A DNA stretch of 31,106 bases, taken from positions 1-31,106 of the IMG/VR virus record IMGVR_UViG_3300044898_000026. One strand, given 5' to 3'. Position numbers and translations under genes: made by a program. Every line of letters begins with the position of its first letter. The first letter of the stretch is position 1. Of this stretch, positions 8,178 to 14,974 are shown one piece after another. The DNA is from a virus (lineage: Duplodnaviria; Caudoviricetes). Under the pieces are notes generated by a model. That model was not told the DNA's origin. It searched no databases and saw only the letters and a program-made list of their open reading frames with translations.

Positions 8178-8308
8178 GTTGCGTCCCTTTCCTCAATCAC
8201 GGCGGCAGCCTTTTCCAGTGTCGCCACCACCTCGACGACCGTCATATCGGGCTCGGCACGGAACGCGGTTGCCAGCTCGCGCAGCACTTCGGCGACGTTG
8301 CGTTTCAT
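8174..8308 (-). CDS. Small helical protein (44 aa)
   Basis: MKRNVAEVLRELATAFRAEPDMTVVEVVATLEKAAAVIEERDAT. AGGA SD. Manually translated. Confidence 0.65.
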   Translation of the reverse strand: MKRNVAEVLRELATAFRAEPDMTVVEVVATLEKAAAVIEERDAT

Positions 8309-8316
8309 GATTGTTC

Positions 8317-8514
8317 CTAGTACGGCGGCGGAGGTGCGCTCGGGGCGACCCACCTAATGCCGCAGACAAATCGCACCACTTCCTCGACAGTTTCCGCCAC
8401 AGCGACGCTAAACGCATTCGCCGCGTGCTCGTCTGTCTGTAGCGACGCCTGGTACATCCCGTCCGGCGTGCGGCAAATGTTAAGGGCGCGGAGATTGGTG
8501 GGGAAGGCAACCAT
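8317..8514 (-). CDS. Hypothetical protein ending APPPPY
   Basis: Starts directly after the Ntn-hydrolase stop. Confidence 0.65.
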   Translation of the reverse strand: MVAFPTNLRALNICRTPDGMYQASLQTDEHAANAFSVAVAETVEEVVRFVCGIRWVAPSAPPPPY

Positions 8515-8952
8515 TTAGCCACCCACGCGCAGGACGACAACGTTTCCGTATGTTCCTTCATCGAGCGCCATCGCAACGCGCACGGCAGCCTCCGCCGACG
8601 CGCCGTATTGCATCGCGCCCCGCGCTTCCGGACCACCCGAGCCAAGCGCGAACATATCCGTCGTTAGTTCGAACGATCCGCCCGATTCGAAAATGTTAAT
8701 TCGGCCATCGTGGCGAAAAATAGCGCCTTTAGCCGCGTCGTGCTGTCCGTCTTGTTTGATCGGTGGCGGATCGCCCTGTTCCCCGTCAAGGAACCACTTG
8801 CGAAACGCACTTGCCCACGATGCGCAACCGCTCGCGCCGGCAACGTCCAATTCGCGTCGTACGATCTTGGTAACGTAACCGAGACGCGCGCCGCCGGCCG
8901 TTAAGCCGGTATCGGCCGCCACTACGCCGTCTTTGAATGCGATGGTGGTCAC
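8515..8952 (-). CDS. Proteasome beta-subunit/HslV-like Ntn hydrolase
   Basis: N-terminal (M)TTIA, then VAAD, TKI, GASG, ALGSG and A..AV..A...D..T: the Thr1/Asp17/Lys33/GSG pattern of the fold. Confidence 0.8.
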   Translation of the reverse strand: MTTIAFKDGVVAADTGLTAGGARLGYVTKIVRRELDVAGASGCASWASAFRKWFLDGEQGDPPPIKQDGQHDAAKGAIFRHDGRINIFESGGSFELTTDMFALGSGGPEARGAMQYGASAEAAVRVAMALDEGTYGNVVVLRVGG

Positions 8953-9497
8953 GCAGCCACCCGATGCGCCCTACTAAGCACCGCCAGCGCGGCATTCGCG
9001 GCGCGCGTTTGCCCGAGCGCATCGTTTAGCGCGATGTGCGGCGGGGGGCACGCGTACGCTTTCACGTCTACCCCGGCGAGGTCATAGAGCGTGCGCGTGT
9101 CGCGAATGTTCCAGAATTTCCACGGTGCGACGCGGCCTGCAGCCAAATAAACCGCTTCCAAGATAGGCGCGTCGAACGATGCGCCGTGGCACCAAATCAG
9201 CGCGTCGGTTCCGTTAGCCGCCCATGCAAGCCAAGCGTCCACGTGGTCAAGGGCAGCAAGCAAGGGCACGGGATTGGACGTCACGGCAGCCCACGCTCCG
9301 GGCGCCTGCGCTTCCTGCGCGCCCCACCAGGCGTGCGTAGATTCGTCGATTGTCAGGCCGGCGGCAAGCTGGTCCGATACGGACAGGTTTAAAGTCGTGT
9401 GCGCTTCGTCACTGAAACGGACGAACGCGACGGACAGGACGACGGCACCGGGTTTCGTGCCAAGGGTTTCGATATCTAGCATGAGGTGGGTGGTCAT
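8949..9497 (-). CDS. DEDDh 3'-5' exonuclease (Rv2179c/exonuclease VIII N-terminal-like)
   Basis: HLMLDIETLG, WCHGASFD, PWKFWNIRDTRTL, HIALNDA. Confidence 0.9.
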   Translation of the reverse strand: MTTHLMLDIETLGTKPGAVVLSVAFVRFSDEAHTTLNLSVSDQLAAGLTIDESTHAWWGAQEAQAPGAWAAVTSNPVPLLAALDHVDAWLAWAANGTDALIWCHGASFDAPILEAVYLAAGRVAPWKFWNIRDTRTLYDLAGVDVKAYACPPPHIALNDALGQTRAANAALAVLSRAHRVAA

Positions 9498-9754
9498 GCC
9501 ACACCCAATGCTGCGCGAATTTCTGCGCGCGCTTTATAATCGCCCGACTTTGCGCAATGCGCGGCGATGTGCTGCATTTTTTCCAGTTCACCCGCTTGCG
9601 CCGGCAAATCGAAATGGAAATTTGGCCAATACTTGCCGATCGGCACGACGTCAGCCCATGTCGCTTCGGCCTTGTCGACGGCAATCGACCGATTGTGTTC
9701 GTTTTTGCGCCAGTACGACACGCTAAGCCCATGCACGTGCTCAGTATGGTTCAT
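9494..9754 (-). CDS. Hypothetical protein
   Basis: MNHTEHVHG...EIRAALGVA. ATGA overlap with the exonuclease. Confidence 0.6.
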   Translation of the reverse strand: MNHTEHVHGLSVSYWRKNEHNRSIAVDKAEATWADVVPIGKYWPNFHFDLPAQAGELEKMQHIAAHCAKSGDYKARAEIRAALGVA

Positions 9755-9756
9755 GC

Positions 9757-9894
9757 TCACCACCCATAAACCATGCGAACCACCAGCATATGCGCGGCCC
9801 ACTTGCGCGGGCAGGAGTTTTCGAAGGTTCGATTGAGGAAGCGATGGCGCTCGATTGCGGCGGAACGCATCCATACGAGCCAGTATTGGATCAC
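9757..9894 (-). CDS. Possible 45-aa protein
   Basis: GTGA-coupled ORF MIQYWLVWMRSAAIERHRF... that fills the gap. Confidence 0.35.
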   Translation of the reverse strand: MIQYWLVWMRSAAIERHRFLNRTFENSCPRKWAAHMLVVRMVYGW

Positions 9895-10262
9895 GGCAGC
9901 ACCGCCTCGATCGCAGCAAGCATGGTCTCGGTAAATTTGTCAGGCGGCACAGAATCAAAGCGACGGCGCAAATTTATCGCGCGTGCTTTACGTTTCGCCG
10001 CCGCGTTACTTTCGCTGATTTCCGCGTCGGTCGTTTCGTCCCAAATGCGCGCCCGATCGCGCGTCCAGCCCTCGCCGGTCTGCGTTGCGTGCCAACCGTC
10101 GCACGTCTGCCACGGACGCCACTGTTGCGCGCTGCCACGCAAAGTAAAGCGGCCCGACTTGTGGACCTTGTCCACGAACTGTTCCGTATAGCCGTCACGA
10201 AAACGGTTCGATATCGCGACGCGCGCACCGGGAATGAATGGGCTTGCGGCCGTATCAGTCAT
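9891..10262 (-). CDS. Hypothetical protein with SH3/KOW-like beta-barrel N-terminus
   Basis: FIPGARVAI...FVDKVHKSGRFTL pattern. ATGA overlap. Confidence 0.65.
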   Translation of the reverse strand: MTDTAASPFIPGARVAISNRFRDGYTEQFVDKVHKSGRFTLRGSAQQWRPWQTCDGWHATQTGEGWTRDRARIWDETTDAEISESNAAAKRKARAINLRRRFDSVPPDKFTETMLAAIEAVLP

Positions 10263-10555
10263 TTCAGCGCCCCTTCCACCATCCGCAGCACCGCGCGCGG
10301 GTCGCGCATCGGCTGTTTGTGCACCAGTACGTCGAGCATCCAATATTTAACCGCTTCTAAGGCTTCGGTCAGGTCCGCGATTGTGCCGGCATCTTCTTCC
10401 ATGCTCGCTTCAAGCTTTTCGCGCGCTTCTTTGCACTCGTCCTCGTACCCACTGATAAACTCGTCGAACGCGTCCCGCACCTCTGCGGGCAGTCGCTCGC
10501 GAAACGCCTTCTCCACCTCGGCGCGAATCTCGGCTGTGGTCGGTTCGGCGTCCAT
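10259..10555 (-). CDS. Acidic coiled-coil hypothetical protein, probably leaderless
   Basis: ATG 6-8 nt after the -10 of the promoter at 10591. Confidence 0.7.
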   Translation of the reverse strand: MDAEPTTAEIRAEVEKAFRERLPAEVRDAFDEFISGYEDECKEAREKLEASMEEDAGTIADLTEALEAVKYWMLDVLVHKQPMRDPRAVLRMVEGALK

Positions 10556-10561
10556 GTGCGC

Positions 10562-10591
10562 AGACTATACGCGTCAACGAGTGACTGTCAA
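10562..10591 (-). promoter_or_regulatory. sigma70-type promoter
   Basis: TTGACA, 16 nt, TATAGT(CT). Confidence 0.7.
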
Positions 10592-10598
10592 CACTTCT

Positions 10599-12113
10599 TT
10601 ACGGGCTTGTGGGCGCAAGCGGCGGGCTGTCCACCGGCCCAAGTCGCCGCACAATGTCCGCCACGTATTCCGCTTCGCGCTCCACCAGGATGCACCGGAA
10701 GCCCTCCCGCGCCGCGGCAGCGCCGGTCGTGCCACTACCGGCGAACGGGTCAAGAATGATGCCACCGGGCGGCGTAATGAGGCGGGCGAGCCATTGCATA
10801 AGGGCGATCGGCTTGACGGTGGGGTGTTTGGAGCCGTTGCGGTCGGCGCGGCTGGCCTTCGCACTATAAAAGAATCGCGCCGCGCTGCCGCTATCGCCAC
10901 GGGGTGCACCACTAGCCACCCGCGCACGCTTGCCTGTAACTACGCCCACGCTCGCGTCGCTCGGTTCGTCGCCGGACACTGCGCCTTGCTGGCCCCCGGC
11001 GCGCGGAAACGCCCCGATCACTTCATCCGAGCCGTCGTGCACCACGTTGGCGGGCCAGCGGCCCTGCCCCGTCGTCACTAATTCCGCTTTCGCGGCGGCA
11101 TCGGTGCGCCAGATGCCGCCGCGTGGCGTTTCCCACGATACGGGCGCGTCACCATCGGCGGAAGGCACACGACACGCCCCCACATTGATCGCGCCGGTCC
11201 GCCACTTGAGAACATTCGCCGCGACCGTGCCTTCCGACAGCGGCTTGCGCGCGAGGACGATCGGCTCGAATGCGGGTTTTAGCGCAGTGCCCCATCCTTC
11301 CCATTCCAACGCAAGCGCGGACTTAGAAACAGTAATGTCGCCTATCAATTCGTCCTGTTCGCCGCCTAGTCCGTTGCGCATATTCGTACCGGGACCAGTA
11401 ACGCGGTGTTGTCCAATCGTCTCGCGTTCCGCCGCTTCGAATGACTCGTCAAATTCGTCACTGAGCGCGAGCGCGATCTTGATTCGTGGCCATTCGTCAC
11501 GCGTCGGCATGCGGCCAGTTTCGAACCACATAAACCCGCCACCGCCAAGCGATTCATCCTGTTCGATTAAACCGACACGTCGCGCCGCTTCCGTCTGCGA
11601 TATCCCGAGCACGTTACGAGCGGTCTTAATCGCCGTGCCAAGTTGCTCTAGCGATTTCCAGTCCTTACGTCTATCAATTCCCTTGCTCACATCGTGCGAC
11701 TTAGGAAATCCCGTGCCGTACAAAAACATCAACGAGTCGCGTATCTCAAAACCCGCGTCCTCGATCGCGCACGCCATGCGATGATAGCCGCGCGAGCCCC
11801 CAAACGCCGCAAGGTGCCCGCCCGGTTTCAATACGCGCAACACCTCCGCCCAAGTAGCAACTTGAAACGCAATGTCGCCGCCATCCCATTCCTTGGACAT
11901 GAATCCACGGGACGCCCGTGCAAACGCGCCATCCGTGCCGAACTGTGCCGGTGCACTACCCGGCTTACCAAATCGTTTAACGATACTGGTTAGATGATAC
12001 GGTGGATCCGTGACGACGCTATCCAAGCAATTGTCCGGCAGCGCCTTCATGGCGTCGCGGCAATCGGCATGGAAAAGCGTGCACGTGTCGGAAAGGGTGT
12101 AGGTGGCGTTCAC
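10599..12113 (-). CDS. Beta-class N6-adenine/N4-cytosine DNA methyltransferase with inserted XRE-type HTH
   Basis: VTDPPY, VLRVLKPGG, GFPKSHDV, GRWPANV, HPTVKP, LDPFAGSGTT. HTH segment IKTARNVLGISQTEAARRVG...WFETG. Confidence 0.93.
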   Translation of the reverse strand: MNATYTLSDTCTLFHADCRDAMKALPDNCLDSVVTDPPYHLTSIVKRFGKPGSAPAQFGTDGAFARASRGFMSKEWDGGDIAFQVATWAEVLRVLKPGGHLAAFGGSRGYHRMACAIEDAGFEIRDSLMFLYGTGFPKSHDVSKGIDRRKDWKSLEQLGTAIKTARNVLGISQTEAARRVGLIEQDESLGGGGFMWFETGRMPTRDEWPRIKIALALSDEFDESFEAAERETIGQHRVTGPGTNMRNGLGGEQDELIGDITVSKSALALEWEGWGTALKPAFEPIVLARKPLSEGTVAANVLKWRTGAINVGACRVPSADGDAPVSWETPRGGIWRTDAAAKAELVTTGQGRWPANVVHDGSDEVIGAFPRAGGQQGAVSGDEPSDASVGVVTGKRARVASGAPRGDSGSAARFFYSAKASRADRNGSKHPTVKPIALMQWLARLITPPGGIILDPFAGSGTTGAAAAREGFRCILVEREAEYVADIVRRLGPVDSPPLAPTSP

Positions 12114-12345
12114 TTCCGCGCCTTGCGCTTCTTACGCCGGCGTGCCGCCACGCCCATGCCGTACAGCGCGTCGAGGGCGCGCGGAATGCGGTAGCAATCC
12201 GCTAATCGCCGAAGGGCTTGCAACTCGTCGCGAATGTCCATGAGGACGGCAACCGTGATGCTCTCCCACGAATGCGTCTTGCCGCCGCGTTCGGTAGGTG
12301 TGCCCTCTCTGGTAAGCACCACGTTTGGTCTTTATGCCGTGCCAT
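12110..12345 (-). pseudogene. Hypothetical protein gene with apparent 2-nt frameshift
   Basis: SD-led, coupled ATG 12345 (MARHKDQTWCLPE) joins the frame of GTPTERGG...VAVLMDIRDELQ if one AG is removed from CCAGAGAGGGC at about 12303-12312. Confidence 0.5.
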
Positions 12346-12347
12346 AC

Positions 12348-12539
12348 CTATTCCCCAACATCCACAATCTCTGCCGCCGGGCTGCACACGCACCCCACCG
12401 TCGCGATAAGGTACGGACGTGCCCAGTGGTGGCGGCTTTTCCAGTTCACGAATGCCGACGCGTAGTCAGGGAACACCTCTGCTAATCCGCCGCAAGCCTG
12501 GTAGACGATGTGTGGTGCCTGTTCGGAGCTGGTCGTCAC
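12348..12539 (-). CDS. Hypothetical protein
   Basis: GTGA overlap. Confidence 0.5.
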   Translation of the reverse strand: MTTSSEQAPHIVYQACGGLAEVFPDYASAFVNWKSRHHWARPYLIATVGCVCSPAAEIVDVGE

Positions 12540-12739
12540 CCCCACGCACCCCAGCCCGCCTTACGGGCAAGGTCAGCCCAATAGTCGTGCCCTTCCGTCG
12601 TTTCCTCCCACACGAACGCCATAGATAGCGTCGCACCCGCAGTTCCCGCGCTCGGCTCGACGAGCGGAGTAGTGGCGCACGCCTTGATGCGTTCGATTTG
12701 ATCGGGGAACGCCGTGGCGAGCTGTTCAAGCACGGTCAC
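12536..12739 (-). CDS. Hypothetical protein
   Basis: GTGA overlap. AFVWEETTEGHDYW motif. Confidence 0.7.
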   Translation of the reverse strand: MTVLEQLATAFPDQIERIKACATTPLVEPSAGTAGATLSMAFVWEETTEGHDYWADLARKAGWGAWG

Positions 12740-12822
12740 GCCTCACTAAAATGCCTATTCAGCATGACGACGGTGAACCAAATGGCGGCCCCCGCGATCG
12801 CAAATAAGATTGTACCTGTCAT
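12736..12822 (-). CDS. 28-aa single-TM peptide
   Basis: MTGTILFAIAGAAIWFTVVMLNRHFSEA. AGGGAG SD. Manually translated. Confidence 0.55.
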   Translation of the reverse strand: MTGTILFAIAGAAIWFTVVMLNRHFSEA

Positions 12823-13008
12823 GTGCCTTCGCTCCCTAAAACTTAAGTGCCCACGAGGCGCGACCCTCGCAACGTTGTTTCTCCGCCCGATGAATCTGAG
12901 CGCCACAGCGCAACAGACGTCTTGCCCTCGGGCTTAGCGAGGCGTGGGCTGCTCCGCTGATTATCTCGGCGCCGAGCACAACGGCTTACGACTTCCCACC
13001 AAGGCACG
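12823..13008 (-). ncRNA. Candidate structured 5' leader / small RNA
   Basis: About 185 nt between the promoter and the first ATG. Pairs 13001-13007/12823-12829, 12943-12949/12849-12855, 12853-12858/12865-12870, 12926-12930/12938-12942. Confidence 0.45.
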
Positions 13009-13014
13009 TTCGTA

Positions 13015-13043
13015 TCTCTGTCACACCTAGCGCATACTGTCAA
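13015..13043 (-). promoter_or_regulatory. Promoter of the TTGACA-N13-GTGACA class
   Basis: TTGACA gtatgcgctaggt GTGACA gaga. Confidence 0.6.
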
Positions 13044-13759
13044 CAATAACCTGTGCGGAGCGTCGGCAATCCCTCGCGCAATGCCCGCCAGTAGACCGCG
13101 CGCGTCGTGCCTTCGCTCCAAGGCCACAGGTCGACGCCCTCGACCAGCGGCGCCGCTTCCTTCCACGCGAACGGCGGTTCGGCCATTCGGTGATGGCGTT
13201 CCGTCGCGAGCATGCGCGCGTCCATTGCTTTGACTGCTTCTTTTATTTCGGACGGCAGCGGCCACGGCAAGCCGGCGGCTTGGTAAATCGCGGCGTCCAA
13301 TCGCGCCTTAAGCAATGCAAGGGCGCTACGAACTACCCACGGGCCATGCTCGAAACCGCCCGCATATTCCTGTAAGGCCATTGCCACAGGCGTTGCGATA
13401 TCGCCGATATACGCCTCATGCGCGTCGTGAATCAGGAACGCCGCCGCGGCCAATTTCGCCCCTCCCTCTCGGCGTATAGCCGCCGCGCCTTCCATGCAGT
13501 GCTGCGCCACCGACAACGCGCCGGATCCCGTGTGGCGAGCGAATCGCGGCACGCCGGCAAGCACCGTGGCGATCGTTTCAAAATCAATCATGGTTGGCGT
13601 GGGATTGACCAGGTCGACGTAACCGCCCTTGCGCGAGCCGGCGGAAGGCAGCGTTTGAATCCAGACGTCGGGCTCTTGCGGCGGGGCCGGCGCGATCGGC
13701 ACCTCGTCGGGCGGTATCGCAGCGATTGCTTGCGCGTCAAAGTCCCAAAGGATGGTCAT
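13040..13759 (-). CDS. HD-domain phosphohydrolase (YfbR/YfdR-like deoxynucleotidase)
   Basis: PRFARHT, LSVAQHC, LIHDAHEAYIGDIATP, VKAMDARMLATE. Confidence 0.9.
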   Translation of the reverse strand: MTILWDFDAQAIAAIPPDEVPIAPAPPQEPDVWIQTLPSAGSRKGGYVDLVNPTPTMIDFETIATVLAGVPRFARHTGSGALSVAQHCMEGAAAIRREGGAKLAAAAFLIHDAHEAYIGDIATPVAMALQEYAGGFEHGPWVVRSALALLKARLDAAIYQAAGLPWPLPSEIKEAVKAMDARMLATERHHRMAEPPFAWKEAAPLVEGVDLWPWSEGTTRAVYWRALREGLPTLRTGYC

Positions 13760-13956
13760 ATGTCGACTCCGTGTCGAGCGGCGTATCGCTCTTGTACGCC
13801 GATAAGCCAACCGACCCATTTGCGGTTTTTAGCGCACCATTCGGCCGCGGTAGTAATTATTTCGCCGCACTTCGCAATGCTATAAAATAGGATGATAGGC
13901 GCACAAATAGCGTACGAGACGCCTCTGACGACCCACCGTTTCAATCTGTTGCGCAT
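13756..13956 (-). CDS. Small membrane protein
   Basis: GGAGG SD. Basic N-terminus plus hydrophobic helix. Confidence 0.6.
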   Translation of the reverse strand: MRNRLKRWVVRGVSYAICAPIILFYSIAKCGEIITTAAEWCAKNRKWVGWLIGVQERYAARHGVDI

Positions 13957-14186
13957 GCCGCCTCCAATATCGCCGCCCTGCCCGCGTCCGTTACTTCCTT
14001 GGAATGGCCAGTGCCGCACGTCATAAAACCCCACGCCACAAGCTGTTCGGCCCCGAGCCGGCTAAGCGTCGCCGCGTACCCGTTATCGGTCGTGGCGCGC
14101 AATTGCGTGTCCTGCATGAACCACTGCCACTGCACGACGTTCCTGTGCGCGTGAAGGGCGAGGAAGCGGGACTGTTCGGGCGTCAC
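13941..14186 (-). CDS. Hypothetical protein, winged-helix-like
   Basis: MTPEQ..FL...LVAWGFM...VTDAGRAAI pattern. GTGA overlap. Confidence 0.6.
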   Translation of the reverse strand: MTPEQSRFLALHAHRNVVQWQWFMQDTQLRATTDNGYAATLSRLGAEQLVAWGFMTCGTGHSKEVTDAGRAAILEAACATD

Positions 14187-14476
14187 GCGCGGACCAGGTC
14201 GGACAATTTGCGCGTCTGCGGTCCCGCCATGCCCGGAAACTGCACCCATGCGTAGGGCGATGCGATCGCATTGATTTGACCGCGCAGTGGTCCTTTGCCT
14301 AGGTGCACAATGTCACCGACCGCCAACGCGCGCGGCTCGACGTGGACGATATTGCAGGCCTGTGTTTGAACATACGCGCCAAACGATCCAACGTTCGCCA
14401 CGTAATAATCACGTTCCGGTACGGCTGCCATGACCACGCCCCGCACATGCACCGTATCGCCCACCTTGACGTCCAT
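14183..14476 (-). CDS. Tandem KOW/SH3-like barrel protein (97 aa)
   Basis: Two repeats: VKVGDTVHVRGVV and LAVGDIVHLGKGPLRGQINAI...AWVQF. GAGG SD. Confidence 0.7.
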   Translation of the reverse strand: MDVKVGDTVHVRGVVMAAVPERDYYVANVGSFGAYVQTQACNIVHVEPRALAVGDIVHLGKGPLRGQINAIASPYAWVQFPGMAGPQTRKLSDLVRA

Positions 14477-14481
14477 GGCTG

Positions 14482-14589
14482 TCACCTCGTCGCCGCTATA
14501 ATCACGATCGCCGCGAAGCTGCCGCCCGCGCCGAGTACCAGGCACAGGGCCAAGCCGATGCAATCACGCGTGCGGACAAGGCCGGTCAT
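14482..14589 (-). CDS. 35-aa single-TM peptide
   Basis: MTGLVRTRDCIGLALCLVLGAGGSFAAIVIIAATR. TGATG overlap. Manually translated. Confidence 0.55.
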   Translation of the reverse strand: MTGLVRTRDCIGLALCLVLGAGGSFAAIVIIAATR

Positions 14590-14699
14590 CACCTAGTTGC
14601 CGCGATAAATAAGATAGCAGCCGGCCCGATCAACACGCCAAGCGCAATGCACGCGACGAGGACAGCAGCGAACGCGCCGTTTGTTTCAGCGCGCGTCAC
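14589..14699 (-). CDS. 36-aa single-TM peptide
   Basis: MTRAETNGAFAAVLVACIALGVLIGPAAILFIAATR. GTGA overlap. Manually translated. Confidence 0.55.
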   Translation of the reverse strand: MTRAETNGAFAAVLVACIALGVLIGPAAILFIAATR

Positions 14700-14974
14700 G
14701 ACACGTACCCCGCCGCTTGGCACGATACGCCCGTCACGCGCTGCCGAGCGCGTCGCGCCAGCGCGGCCGAACCGTTAAGACCCGCAGCGAAATACGTGGA
14801 CGTTTGGCGGCGTTTCTTTTCGATGCGATTCCAGCGCCGATTGTCACGCGAGGCGGCTTCGTACACGCCCATGGCGGCGAGATAGTCGAGCACCTTGTGC
14901 GCGGCCATCGTAACGAATGATTTTACCACTGTGGCGTCTGGGCGCGGCGTCTGCGCTACGTTGCGGCGGTACAT
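14696..14974 (-). CDS. Basic hypothetical protein
   Basis: TGATG overlap with the repeat-protein stop. Confidence 0.55.
   Translation of the reverse strand: MYRRNVAQTPRPDATVVKSFVTMAAHKVLDYLAAMGVYEAASRDNRRWNRIEKKRRQTSTYFAAGLNGSAALARRARQRVTGVSCQAAGYVS

Noticed and set aside
9855-11081. Long plus-strand ORF (408 aa), and similar antisense ORFs 3393-4337, 10930-11784 and 22113-23399
   Set aside because: Shadow frames opposite well-supported genes in GC-rich DNA, with no recognisable motifs.
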